Positions 1 through 13,297 of a DNA stretch of 64,000 nt are shown piece by piece (the stretch's first letter is position 1; every line of letters begins with the position of its first letter). Both the position numbers and the translations under genes were made by a program. Where the stretch lies: contig OX597831.1 of the NCBI GenBank assembly GCA_951406725.2, positions 37,882,001-37,946,000 of the forward strand. The letters run 5' to 3'. The notes below the pieces were generated by a model. It ran no database searches and was not told where the DNA came from. It was given only the letters and a program-made list of their open reading frames with translations. Source of the DNA: Octopus vulgaris. Lineage: Eukaryota.

Positions 1-19
1 GTATGAAGTTTAAATCTAA

Positions 20-215
20 TAAACTGTTCCTTTAAGTTGCATGGTATTTAGTTTATCTGCAAATATATTTCTGATAAGGGAATACTTGAAGGCTTTCATG
101 AACTTCGATTATATCTAGTGTAATGTGTAAATCTTGTCTTTTTTATTTGATAGATAAATGTCAGATTGAAATTGTATTAGTTTTGTAGACCAGGTATGGA
201 ATGTAATTGTTGATC
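20..215 (-). pseudogene. Highly decayed LINE reverse-transcriptase fragment (CR1/L2-like), tentative
   Basis: Minus strand reads ..FMKAFKYSLIRNIFADKLNTMQLKGTVY*I.., resembling the RT motif DFxKAFD...KL...GI.G.V..WI, but interrupted by stops and frameshifts. Confidence 0.3.
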
Positions 216-354
216 AATTTTCAAGCGATGCTAACACTTTGGCTATGGAATGCATCTGGTCTTCAATGCCAACTGTTGAAAAGCAAACTCCATATTTCGC
301 TATGTATTAGATAATATTTCCTATTTAGTCCTCATTTTGCTCTCTCTCTTTCTC

Positions 355-633
355 TTTACTCTTTTACTTGTTTCAGTCATTTGACTGCGGCCATGCTGGA
401 GCACCGCCTTTAATCGAGCAAATCGACCCCGGGACTTACTCTTTGTAAGCCTAGCACTTATTCTATCGGTCTCTTTTGCCGAACCGCTAAGTGACGGGGA
501 CATAAACACACCAGCACCGGTTGTCGAGCGATGTTGGATGGGACAAACACAGACACACAACCATACACGCACACCCATATATATATATATGCATATATAC
601 GCCGGGCTTCTTTCAGTTTCCGTCTACCAAATA
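355..633 (-). mobile_element. SINE family A, 5'-truncated copy
   Basis: Reverse complement of the full copy at 13757-14205, including the tail GCGGTGCTCCAGCATGGCCGCAGTCAAATGACTGAAACAAGTAAAAGAG and the internal microsatellite. Confidence 0.85.
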
Positions 634-801
634 TGCTAGTCATATTCTAAGCATATTTAGCCTCTATCTTTATATTTTGACATTTAAACTTACTTCCGTG
701 AAGAAGCTTAATTTTCACAAACATTATTGGATATATTTACGAACAAACAAATTTCATTTTAGTTACCTTATGTGATCTTCATCTTTGAGATATTACACAA
801 T

Positions 802-1110
802 GGAGGCACATGGACTAGTGTTTAGAGCAGCGGATTCACGGTCGAGGGATCGCGGGTTCGAATCTCAGACCGGGTGATGTGTGTGTTTATGAGCGAAACG
901 CCTAAGCTCCACTCGGCTCTTGCTGAAGGTAATGGCGAAACTTCTGCTGGCTCTTTCACCACAACTTTCTCTCACTCTTTCCTCCTGCATCTTGCAGCCC
1001 ACCTGCAACGGACCGGCGTCCCGTCCAGGTGGGGAACCTATACGCCAAGAAAACGGGAAACCGGCCCTTATGAGCCAGGGCATGGCTCGAGAAGGAACAA
1101 ACAAAACAAC
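802..1110 (+). mobile_element. tRNA-derived SINE family B
   Basis: tRNA-like head with A box (TGGACTAGTGT) and B box (GGTTCGAATC) and an (AAC)n-type tail. A second copy lies at 15555-15792. Confidence 0.85.
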
Positions 1111-2819
1111 AGATATTAGACAACGAGACCTTTCGTCAATTGATTAATTTAATTATGGCAGATGGCTGTTATATAGGTTAGATACTGTACTATACATATT
1201 CAAAAACGACGGGATACACAATCTGTCCATTCACCATATTTCACTTACAAAGGTTTGGCACCTGCTTCGTAGATATATTAAATAAGAACATTCCAGAGAT
1301 GCTACTCAGCGAGATCGAACTCGTAGCTCCATGCATCAGAACCCATTATTTAACCCCCACAATCATCAGAGTACCAATGTATAATGAATATATTTTGTTG
1401 TTGAAAAATCTGTGTTTGTATTTTATACATTTTCACACTTTTAATTCCGATTTTGCACCATTCTTGACATATGACAAAACAGTCACTTTTCTAACACTTG
1501 CTTCTCCTAGAGAATTTACCCACGTTCACAATAAATCAGCTGTTTTGATTTGTATACAATTCTAATAAACCTATCCGAATTGAGAAGTTATGAATCATGA
1601 CAACCAGTTGTATGACATTAGTAGTAGCAGAGTTAAAATGCATTCTCTACGTGCTGTTCTGTGTGACAAACACTAGAATGCATTTAGATTATTAAGATTA
1701 ACCTGATGGCTTTATGCCAAGTTTTATGAGATTTTCCGTCTTTTGGGAATATTAAGGCATATGGCAGCAATTGATATTCTCATAGAATTGCACTTCGGTA
1801 GTCTTGTGAAAGAGTTGTTTAGTATAGAGCAGCTTGTCAAATAGAAGTATTGTCTTCATTATGACAATTTCCATCCAATGTTTATAGAATAAGTGAACTA
1901 AAAGAACGACACATGTCGAAAACAGATTCAGAGTTCTTCTATACAATTTTTCTGTCAATGGATCAGTTGTGTGTGAACAACAAAGAAAAGAAATTCAAGC
2001 TATGTTGGGTATTGGTTTGGTCAAATGCTTAGAAAGTCATGCTGACTGTTTCATATTGTTGAGCACAGAACATTGTAACAAATTTATAACAGAGGTTATT
2101 TATTATATATCTTTATGCTTTACAAAATAGATCTTGTTGGGTTTTAAAATTTCTACACCGTACCTAGATCGATTTGCTGTTCATACTTCTAATACTGATA
2201 TATTATGTTCATACCAAGCACTGTGGTCTATAGAAACGGACATAACCATTTCTAAATTATGCGCGAGCAAGGCTACAGAATGTTGACGAAAATAACGATT
2301 TAAATAATAAATTCTTTTACCTAATGCTGGTCTGATGATTATGAAGATGATGACACTAGAAAAGAGATCAGTCGGAACATGCAAGCGCTGTCGATGCTTA
2401 TACCAGATATTCTTGATGAAGCAAACGTATGCTCAAATGTATTACAGCCAGGACTATGTAATTCCTTTTAAAATCTGATGGTGGTGTGCTTTGACGATGA
2501 GATTGCCCATGTATCTAAATGCCTGAGCATAGAGGCTCAAATGCAAGCTCGGTCTCTGGAAATTATGGAAATACGAATTGATACCCAAAATAATTTCTTG
2601 ATGTTTCAAAATATCTGTCATGATTTTCGAATTATATTCTATTCATTTCTTTCTCTTGTTTTCCTGTCATTGTCTTATCTTTCCCAAGCATGGCTATCTT
2701 CGCAATAATACAATATTTCTCCGTATTCTGGTATTGTTGCTGCTCCAGACGTTATTGTTCGCTCTTAGGTCAACATCGGTGGAACATACCTATTAAATAC
2801 AACCACTATTCGTTGTGGT

Positions 2820-3078
2820 GGAGGCGCGTGGCTTAGTTGGTTAGGGTATTGGACACAGGACCACAAGATTGTGGTTTCGATTCCTGGACAGGGTTACGCG
2901 TTGTGTTATTGGACAAAACACTTCATTTCACATTGCTACAGTCCACGCAGCTGGCAAAAATGATTAATCAGGCGACGGACCGGTGTCCCCTCCGGGTGGG
3001 GAATTTAAACGCCATGACACCGGGAAAACCGGCCCTTGTGTGTCACCATGTCTGGCGAAGGTAATTTTACTTTTTACT
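2820..3078 (+). mobile_element. tRNA-derived SINE family C with CORE-like domain
   Basis: A/B boxes, then CAAAACACTTCATTTCACATTGCTACAGTCCACGCAGCTGGCAAAAATGA (CORE-like), then a tail shared with family B (GACGGACCGG..CCC.TCC.GGTGGG). Related copies at 4863, 32325 and 51405. Confidence 0.8.
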
Positions 3079-4473
3079 TCCTCTTCAATGTGATAAAGTA
3101 TCAATACTTCTTTTGTCTATATTTCCGTTTCTTGGTGTACTGCACATAGGTGCCTCCTTCTATGTTCTTAGTAACGTATTTGTTCCGTGTTGCTGGTAAA
3201 CCATTCATTGAATATTTCTGCATGTCTGATCCGACACTTACGATCTTTTCCAGAGCACATCTTAGTCGATTATGAGAAAGAAGTTTTTTGGAGTCTGTAC
3301 ATGTGTGAGTGATTGTGTGAGTGTGTGTGTGTGTGTGTATGTGAGTGTGTGTGTGCATGTGTATGTGTGAGAGAGAGAGAGAGAGAGAGCGAGAAAGAGA
3401 GAAAAGAGAGAAACAAGCAAAAATTCACCCCAGTATCGCTATCGTTTTTTACTAATTGATTCGAAAGCAACAAAAAACAAATGTGACCTTAGCAGGATTT
3501 GTAATTAAAACGTTGGGCCGGAAATATCGTTTTAAAAATTTGTCACAAGGCTAGCAATTTTGCATGAGGAGATAAACCGATTATATCGACGCCTGTGTTC
3601 AACTGGTAATTATTTTATAGACTTAGAAAGATTGAAAGGCAAAGTCGACGCGGGTTGGTACTTGAGCTACGAACGTAAAGTCGGAAGAAATGCCACTTCA
3701 CCGCCTTATAGACTCAGAGATATTGCAACGGATTCTTGCCCACACGCTAACGGTTTTAAACATCGCTTAAATGCTTACTACTACGACTATGTTCATATAA
3801 TATACAATAATATGAAGAACGAAACTAAAAATAGAAAACAAAGCATAGGTGAATAAAACAAAAAAAAATTATACCATAAACTATTCATGGAACATTTTTC
3901 AATAAAATTTTGACATATATTGTTTACCCTTTTTATATATCAGCCCAGTAGATCTGTTATAATATATTTTCTACATCTTTTTTTTTTTTAATTTTCCAAG
4001 CTATATGAGAGAGAGATTAACTATCTGATCTTTCTGCCACGTGGCATTTATGAAGGATATACATTTATTTTGACATAGATTTGTGGTTAATATTTATTCT
4101 CAAACACATTCGCATCTATGTACGAAATAAAATAATATATAGCTGATGGGAATTTGTTGCACAAATGATATGAACATGAAACTGGATGGCTTGCAGTGAT
4201 AATTTTAGTGATTTTGATTCTAGATAAAAAGAAAATGTTATAAAATATGAGTCATTAGATAAGTAACACGAACTTTTGAATAATACAAATTTCTTTCCGA
4301 TTGCACACAAACACCACATATTTTTGAGAAGTATACTAACGTAGCTGAAATAGCAGTACCACATCGACTGTAATTCATGATCAAGATAATTCATCTGCTT
4401 CAAGCATATTTTGCTCTGTATGTTTCAAGTGAGACAAAATGCTGCAATAGCGATCACGCATTTGGTACAGTGC

Positions 4474-4632
4474 TCATCATCATTGTTCGACCGTGGTCGA
4501 GACAATGAAATTTACCATGCTACGCCAGACTTCACGGTCCATCATGGCATTACGGAGGGCCTGCTGCTGGATGCCTGTATCCCTGGAGATTACATCAGGG
4601 TAGGAGAGTGTGCGCCCTCTGGTATATCTGAA
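4474..4632 (-). mobile_element. RTE-like LINE 3' end
   Basis: Minus strand encodes RGRTLSYPDVISRDTGIQQQALRNAMMDREVWRSMV, matching the RTE ORF C-terminal pattern GRP..TY.D....D.G....L...M.DR..WR, followed by a (TGA)n tail. Confidence 0.75.
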
Positions 4633-4862
4633 ACTAGATATTAGTCCAAATCGAAATAAAACCATTATCCTACTTCACACTGACACCAAACAACAATACG
4701 TATCTCAGAGTGGCACTGCTTCACGTCTCCTCGCCTAAACTATCGCAAATGCCGTGGCATCTGCTTCTCAGAAACAGCTAGTGACTACAATTATCCATGT
4801 TTTCTCGCTCATTCATTTCTCTCTCATTTTCGTTCTGCTAACTCTGTTTTAATCCACATACG

Positions 4863-5122
4863 TGGAGGCGCATGACTTAGTGGTTAGGGGTGTTGGACTC
4901 ATGATCGTAAGTTACAGTTTCGATTCTTGGACGAGGCAACGCATTGTGATCTTGAGCAAAACACTTCCTTTCACGCTACTCCAGTCTAATCAGCTGGCAA
5001 AAAATGAGTAATCCTCCGATGGAACGGCGTCCCGTCCACGTTGGGAATTTATACAGCAAGAAACTGGGAAACTGGCCATTATGCTTTGGCATGATCCGAG
5101 AGTGTAACTTTACTTACCTTTA
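4863..5122 (+). mobile_element. SINE family C copy
   Basis: Same head, CORE-like domain and tail as 2820-3078. Confidence 0.8.
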
Positions 5123-6373
5123 ACTAATCTTCATTTGATGGTGATGCATATGAGAAGTGGAGGCACAGGAGGTTCTACAACATATAAATACATGACTGTA
5201 AGGATTGAACCCTCATCCAGAGTACAAAGCATTTATAATTCTTTCTCGTATCACGTTTTATCTTGAAGGTGTCGGCAAACAGATTTTCTAGATAGATATA
5301 AACCATTTTATTTTGCCAATTCTGGGAAAGTCTACGAAAGACATCTCCGCTCTCGATCTAGCCAATGAAACAACTATACCACAACGTTCAGTGTAACATT
5401 CATGGCTTTCCTCAGTGAATTTATGGGTTCCAATAATATAATGACTCGTTGGGATTCACTGTATGACGTAATTGTTTTGTGTGGTGTTTTGTCCTTCAAA
5501 CTCTGTCCTTTGTAATAACTTTACTTTATGTCTGTTATAATGCTTTTTTCTCAGAATTAACTATTTCAAAATAGTTTGTAGTTTTATATATTTGAATGGA
5601 ATGTCACAGCAACTTGTTCAAACACGGGCTTTATAAGAAATATTGACGTATAACATAAGCACAAGATCAGACATCCTAGACGCAGTGTTAAGACAAATGA
5701 ATCGACCCTACTGTTTGAAGGGTGCGTTATTTCAATGAAAAAGCTGATAGCATAAGGGGAAAAAAAGGCACGAGAGAAAACTTTTTCTTTCTACTGTATG
5801 ACAAGGTCTGGAATCTTAAGGAAAGTAGGAATCGTTGATTACATTGACCGCAGTGATCGACTGGGAATTATTTCACAGATATTTAAAAGATGAAAGGAAA
5901 AGTGGAACTCGACGGGTTTTGATGCACGCTCTTAAGATTCTAAGAAGAAATTTTGGTTATCAAATTGCGGCACAAGGCCTGCAATTTTAGTGGAGGATTA
6001 AATCGATTACATCGATTTTACTACTCAAGGATGCATTAAGGGCACCGTTAGAATTTGAACTGAAAATGTGAAGATGGGTAAAATGCCGCTAAGCAATTTG
6101 GCCTGCGTGCTGATGATTCTGCCAGCTCGCTGTCTCTCTGTCAAGCAAAATGAATATTGGTATCAAACGTTGTCAAACAACAGCAATTTCTTGAGTGTGA
6201 GTAAATCGAGTTCGTTGACTCCATTCCTCAACTGGCACTTGTTTTATCAACTCCGAAATGATGAGAGGCAAAGTCGACCTTGATGGAATTCGAACAGAGA
6301 ACGTACAGGCGGCCGGAAATGCTACGAATCATTTTGCCCTGGATGCTAATAATTGAAAGATAAATACATTATT

Positions 6374-6612
6374 TACATTATTTACATTCGACGGTAATTT
6401 GACATCATCTTGTTTGTTGTCAATAAGGATAACAATAATATCGAAAAATACTTTAGGAATGAGAACCCAGGTTCGAAATTTCCCCAAGACACCTGATGAA
6501 GGCTGGAGGGTAGATCAGCTGAAAAGTTGTGTTAACAACAAACAAGAAAAGGACAAATATCCGTGAAATGTAAATAATGTACGTAATTCCTCATCTCTTA
6601 AACATAGAACTC
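6374..6612 (+). mobile_element. Penelope-like (PLE) terminal fragment with inverted arms
   Basis: Imperfect inverted repeat 6374-6425 / 6530-6581 enclosing a hammerhead motif. Confidence 0.65.
6488..6533 (+). ncRNA. Minimal type-I hammerhead ribozyme motif
   Basis: Stem I GACAC/GTGTT, core CTGATGA, stem II GGCTG..CAGCT, then GAAA and AGTT (the palindromic stem III appears mutated from ACGT). Confidence 0.7.
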
Positions 6613-6904
6613 GATAAATACATTTACTATAGCATGTAGCAAGATGCATATTAAATATATTGATGGTGTGGTAACAAATGAGAAAGTGTATACATTTATT
6701 ATTGGAAACTTATTAACTCATAGAAGCATTATATGAATAGTGGAGATTGAATTTCGTAACTTACATGAGGAGAAGGCATAGGATTGAGAGAGAACGAGAT
6801 GTTAGAGAAATATTCTTCGAATCGTCTCAATATCAATAAACGTAATCATTGTGACGATCACTAGAGAGATGATGACAACGACGAAGACAACTATAATAAT
6901 GAGC

Positions 6905-7100
<196 letters not shown>

Positions 7101-7230
7101 AACAACATTTTGTTATAAATCTGCTGTTTTTAAAGAAAGCATATTACTCTACTTCTGGTATTTGAGTACTCCTTTTTCCACCTTCTTTCAGATGTATGTG
7201 CATACTCTGGTATATATATCTGTATGTACA

Positions 7231-7277
<47 letters not shown>

Positions 7278-7279
<2 letters not shown>

Positions 7280-7624
7280 TCTTACTCTTTTATTCTTTTA
7301 CTTGTTTCAGTCATTTGACTGTGGGCATACTGGAGCCCCGCTTTTAGTCTAGCAAGTCGACCCCAGGACTTATTCTTTGTAAGCCTCGTACTTATTCTAT
7401 CGGTCTCTTTTGCCGAACTGCTAAGTTACGGGGACGTAAACACACTCACCCAAGGGGCCACGCACTGGGACAAAGACACACAAACATATACACACACATA
7501 CATATACATATATACATATATATGACGGGCTTCTTTAGTTTCCGTCTACCAAATCTACTCACAAGGCTTTGGTCGGCCCGAGGCTATAGTAGAAGACACT
7601 CACCCAAGGGGCCACGCACTGGGA
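7278..7624 (-). mobile_element. SINE family A copy (internally rearranged)
   Basis: Similar to 13757-14205; a 29-bp segment is duplicated at 7442 and 7596. Confidence 0.8.
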
Positions 7625-7745
7625 AAAACGAGGATTCCTTGATAAGTAGATTTCATATATTCTCTCTATCGTCAGTCCGGAAGCGCCTATCATATTGGTA
7701 GTGTTGTCTTATCTATGTATGTGTTCTTCAACGTCTGGTTATATA

Positions 7746-7798
<53 letters not shown>

Positions 7799-8019
7799 TT
7801 ATGTATATACATATACATATACATATATATTCTTTCATTCTTTTATTCTTATATTGTTTTACGTGATTCAATCATTTGACTGCTTCCATGCTGGAGTACT
7901 GTCTTACAATCAACGTCCTCAGCTAAGATAATCTTGGTCCGGCTTTATCGAAGATTTTCCATTATATACTAAGCTATCAAGATACTTGACTTAGAAATAT
8001 GTATATCAAATCAGATTTA

Positions 8020-8078
<59 letters not shown>

Positions 8079-8084
8079 TATATA

Positions 8085-8315
8085 TTATATTATATTAAAT
8101 TAGAGATAAAACCACTGTTAGGCAAATCGAATACAAGAAATATAGCAATTTGCTTTATTAAAAAGCAGCTAAAATATCACAAAAACTCTTATTCAGAGTT
8201 TCACGTTCCTGTTCGTTGGTCAGTTTTGTTTGGAATTCTAAACAAACGGGGACGTGAAACTCTGAGACACTGAGTAGCAGTGTTTGTGATATTGTTGCTG
8301 CTTTTTAATAAAGTA
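8085..8315. mobile_element. PLE-like fold-back fragments
   Basis: Inverted arms 8153-8213 / 8245-8313 are homologous to the HHR-bearing element at 34183-34396; 8085-8135 matches 26100-26150. Confidence 0.55.
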
Positions 8316-8316
8316 A

Positions 8317-8355
<39 letters not shown>

Positions 8356-8381
8356 TATATATATATATATATATAATCCGT

Positions 8382-8692
8382 GTGAAGGCTTGTGACTTAG
8401 TGGTTAGGGCATTCGGTTCACGATACTTAACGCTAACAAAAAAGCACCAACACCACTTGTCGAGTTGTGGCGGTGGACAAACACAGGCACAAAGACACAC
8501 ACACACACACACACACACAAACGCACACAACACACACACACACGCACACACATACACATACATAGATACACTTGCGCATACGATAGAGTACGTGTGTCTG
8601 TGGATTGCTCAGTCACATGCATGTTAATTTCACGATCAAGCTGTTGATCATATCAACTGGGAACCTCGTGGTCGTAACCGACGGACTGCTCC
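8382..8692 (+). mobile_element. SINE family C2 interrupted by an inverted family A fragment
   Basis: Head and tail match 25670-25993; the middle matches family A on the opposite strand. Confidence 0.6.
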
Positions 8693-8709
8693 AAACATAT
8701 ATATATATA

Positions 8710-8764
<55 letters not shown>

Positions 8765-8801
8765 ATATGTATGTATGTATATATGTATGTATGTATGTAT
8801 G

Positions 8802-8835
<34 letters not shown>

Positions 8836-9248
8836 TACATGCGTCCGCATGCATAGACATTATTGAAAACTCTAAACTCGTTGTTATAAGCATTCCTAAT
8901 TAGCCTGATCTATCCTGTAACATACTGAACTCGTTGATGCATTCTTCAGAGTATTTGAGGTAAGGTAAGATGTGAAACATCTGCAAATTAACATATATAA
9001 TATTAGTTACACTGTGACGTAAGACTTCAGGTGACATCTATTTGGAAATACTTTTCTTCTGAAATTTACGTTTAAGTTCACTACGAATGGGAATGTTGCT
9101 TCAAAGTAGGATTGCAAGAAAATTTGTACCTGCGTTCGATGATGATAGTTCAGTGATGGTAACTGTGTAGAGAACGCTAATATATATGTGTGTGTGTGTG
9201 AGTGTTTATGTTTGTGTCTGTGTGTATGCATTTATGTACATATATTTA

Positions 9249-9306
<58 letters not shown>

Positions 9307-9497
9307 CATACATATAAACATACATACGTCTCTGTGTACTCGCACGTGTCAGATTGACGCAGTGGAGGGAATCAAATAATCGAAGCAGACAAAATATCCA
9401 ACGTTAGATGTCATGATAAATAGATAATAACTGATATAGAGGGAAAGTTGAGAAGGAGAGGGCAGAAATGAGAGTGAAAGTTAGAAATATATTACTT

Positions 9498-10100
9498 TAA
9501 GGCGGGGAGCTGGCAGAATCGTTTACACGCCGGGCGAAATGCCTTGCGGTATTTCGTCTGCCATTACCTGCTGAGTTCAAATTCTGCCGAGGTCGACTTA
9601 GACTTTCATCTTTTCAGGGTCGATTAAATAAGTACCAGTTGCGCACTGGGGTCGATATAATCGACTTAATCCGTTTGTCAGTCCTTGTTTGTCCTCTCTG
9701 TGTTTAGCCCCTTGTGGGTAGTCAAGAAATAGGTATTTCGTCTGCCGCTAATATTCTGAGTTCATATTCCGCTGAGGTCAACTTTGCCTTTCATCCTTTC
9801 GGGGTCGATAAATTAAGTACTAGTTACGCACTGCGGTCGATGTAATCGACTTAATCTGTTTGTCTGTCCTTGTTTGTACCCTTTGTGTCTAGCCCCTTCT
9901 GGGTTCTAAAAAAATAGGTATTTTGTCTGCCGCTACGTTCTGAGTTCAAATTCCGCTGAGGTCGACTTTGCCTTTCTTCCTTTCGGGGTCGATTAAATAA
10001 GTACCAGTTACGCACTGGGGTCGATATAATCGATTTAATCCATTTGTCTTTCCTTGTTTATCCTCTCTATGTTTAGCCCCTTGTGGGCAATAAAGAAATA
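9498..10100 (+). mobile_element. Tandem array (3 units) of SINE-like family D
   Basis: Repeated ~195-bp unit GGTATTTCGTCTGCCG..GAGTTCAAATTCCGCCGAGGTCGACTTTGCCTTTCATCCTTTCGGGGTCGATAAA..AAGTACCAG..TTTAGCCCCTTGTGGG..AAAGAAATA. Confidence 0.85.
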
Positions 10101-10287
10101 AATATAATATTACTTTCAAAGACCTGACTTATAATTCAGATTGTATAGTACATACAGGGTCAGTGTCGGTCCAGGCTTACCATGCATGTCACAAGCGTTT
10201 GAAAGCAGGATAAAAAATTTTTCAAAGACCCCTGAGTGTAGTCCATGTATGCAAGTATGCAAGTCACCCGTCACTAAGCTACCGATG

Positions 10288-10505
10288 TATACTCTTTTAC
10301 TATTTTACTTGTTTCAGTCATTTTGACTGCGGCCATGCTGGAAACGGCCTTTTGTCGAGCAAATTGACCCCATGACTTATTCTTTGTAAGCCAAGTATAT
10401 ATATATCGGTCTCTTTTGCGATGTTGGGGTACACACACACACAAACATATACACAAACACACATACACACATACATACATACATACATACATACATACAT
10501 ACATA

Positions 10506-10538
<33 letters not shown>

Positions 10539-10550
10539 TATATATATGTA

Positions 10551-10603
<53 letters not shown>

Positions 10604-10737
10604 GACGAGCTTCTTTCAGTTTCTTTTGGCCCGGGGCTATAGTAGAAGACACATTCCCAAGGTGCCACGCAGTGGACTGAACCCGGAAACATGTGGTTGG
10701 TAAGCAAGCTACATACCACACAGTCACTCCTGCGCCA
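10288..10737 (-). mobile_element. SINE family A, full length
   Basis: Head to tail similarity to 13757-14205. Confidence 0.85.
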
Positions 10738-11206
10738 ATATTGAAGGAAACTTTCACCGTTTTGTGTCGATACATCATGGCCTGACACCAATCGCGTAGC
10801 ATTAAAGAATGACGAAACAAACTCCGACTGCCTAATCGTTGACCCAACTTGTTAACACAGATGGTTCCCATTTTATTGACCCCGTAAAGTAGAAAGGTAA
10901 TGTATACTTTACTGGCAGTTGAAATCAGAACAAAGAGAACCGGAATAATCGATTTAATCCATTTGTCTTTCCTTGTTTATCCTCTCTATGTTTAGCCCCT
11001 TGTGGGCAATAAAGAAATAAATATAATATTACTTTCAAAGACCTGACTTATAATTCAGATTGTATAGTACATACAGGGTCAGTGTCGGTCCAGGCTTACC
11101 ATGCATGTCACAAGCGTTTGAAAGCAGGATAAAAATTTTTCAAAGACCCCTGAGTGTAGTCCATGTATGCAAGTATGCAAGTCACCCGTCACTAAGCTAC
11201 CGATGT

Positions 11207-11424
11207 ATACTCTTTTACTATTTTACTTGTTTCAGTCATTTTGACTGCGGCCATGCTGGAAACGGCCTTTTGTCGAGCAAATTGACCCCATGACTTATTC
11301 TTTGTAAGCCAAGTACATATAATATCGGTCTCTTTTGCGATGTTGGGGTACACACACACACAAACATATACACAAACACACATACACACATACATACATA
11401 CATACATACATACATACATACATA

Positions 11425-11520
<96 letters not shown>

Positions 11521-11655
11521 GACGAGCTTCTTTCAGTTTCTTTGGCCCGGGGCTATAGTAGAGGACACATTGCCAAGGTGCCGCGCAGTGGGACTGAACC
11601 CGGAAACATGTGGTTGGTAAGCAAGCTACATACCACACAGTCACTCCTGCGCCAA
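11207..11655 (-). mobile_element. SINE family A, full length (duplicate unit)
   Basis: Duplicate of 10288-10737. Confidence 0.85.
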
Positions 11656-12545
11656 TATTGAAGGAAACTTTCACCGTTTTGTGTCGATACATCATGGCCT
11701 GACACCAATCGCGTAGCATTAAAGAATGACGAAACAAACTCCGACTGCCTAATCGTTGACCCAACTTGTTAACACAGATGGTTCCCATTTTATTGACCCC
11801 GTAAAGTAGAAAGGTAATGTATACTTTACTGGCAGTTGAAATCAGAACAAAGAGAACCGGAATAATATCAGCGGGAATTACATCCAACTTGCTACCGACA
11901 ATACCAATTGCTCACGTGTATTATGCCTGAACTGCTACATAAATAGTTGGATAGAATAAGAGCACGGATGAAGAAATAAGAAGAAAGCAATAGAAAGACA
12001 GGAAGGAAGAAACTAAGAGAGAGGTGCACCACTAGAAAAATATTCAGTTCTTTAGATTTGTTTTCAGTTTAGAAAACCATTGAAACAGTAAGAAAGAATA
12101 CAAGTCGAAATGAGAAAAAAATAAAATGGCAAAAATCTCTTGTCTTCATGGAATTTTGTATAGAATGCTTAAAATAAAGAACACTCTAGCGAGAACAGAT
12201 ATGTCTGCTTCTCAATGATTTATTTAAGTGAGATAGTTCTACAGACTGTTGTGTGTACCTGGTATGGCAGCCATTTGTTAAATTTCCTCCATGTTTCAAT
12301 AAAAAAAGGAACTCTCCACTATTTGAAGGATGTATTTGTCGGTAAAAAGATGCCAGAAGGGAAATAAGAGAACAACGAACGTTTTAAATTGATGTTTGAA
12401 GGAAGACAGTGAAATGTATAGAAACTTTTTTTCCAACTTTTTTTTCTCTCTGGATATTTGTTTTTCTTTTTTTTTCAAAGAAATAATTGCATATAGGTGA
12501 ATAGTTATGTAGATAAGCTAATGAATAGCTACTAAAAAAACACAA

Positions 12546-12838
<293 letters not shown>

Positions 12839-13233
12839 CAAAACATATATGCTATATATCAGAATTAAATTTTAGAAGAAAAATTACAAAGCGAAGACAT
12901 AACACTAAGTTGTGAGAGAAGAAGAAAAAATAATGCCGTGTAATATGTTTAGAAAAGAAATGAAACCCACATAAAAAAAATGATAGCAAGTTTAGGAATA
13001 ACAATTACTTTCAAAAATGCCGATTTAAAGAAAAACGAGGCGAAAGAAAAATCTTCAAAATTGAAAGAGAAAGAAGTCTATTTCGTTGTTTTATCAATTT
13101 TTAGATTTGAAAGGCGCGTATTTCAATTCATTTAATATCTATTTCTCTATTATACTTTGTATGTTAGATGCGTTAAAGCTTTCTTTATTTCCATTTCCAA
13201 ATTAGGTTGGATTACAGAACTAGAAATTCTTCA

Positions 13234-13297
<64 letters not shown>

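Larger units (their letters stand above)
10026..11866. repeat. Near-identical ~919-bp tandem duplication
   Basis: 10026-10944 recurs at 10945-~11861 with ATAAT microhomology at the junction; each unit contains a family A SINE. Confidence 0.95.

Noticed and set aside
802-875. tRNA-like sequences (also at 15555 and 61340)
   Set aside because: They are SINE heads with no proper acceptor stem and continue into SINE bodies.
1750-2750. Possible very old LINE RT remnant on the minus strand (DF.KAFD-like near 2025-2040)
   Set aside because: It needs frameshifts to read and is too degenerate to call without a profile search.
8864-8955. CTGANGA matches at 8950(-), 7675(-), 49631, 60683(-), 2331 and 28463
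   Set aside because: Each lacks a correctly placed GAAA or pairing stems; 8950 and 49631 may be decayed HHRs but cannot be supported.
9498-10100. Regularly spaced repeats suggestive of a CRISPR array
   Set aside because: The whole ~195-bp units repeat with no unique spacers, there are no cas genes, and the context is eukaryotic.
11192-11887. 231-aa ORF and the many YI/CV/HT-rich ORFs (for example 30193-30849 and 56803-57495)
   Set aside because: They are (TA)n, (TG)n and (CATA)n tracts plus SINE sequence, which simply lack stop codons.
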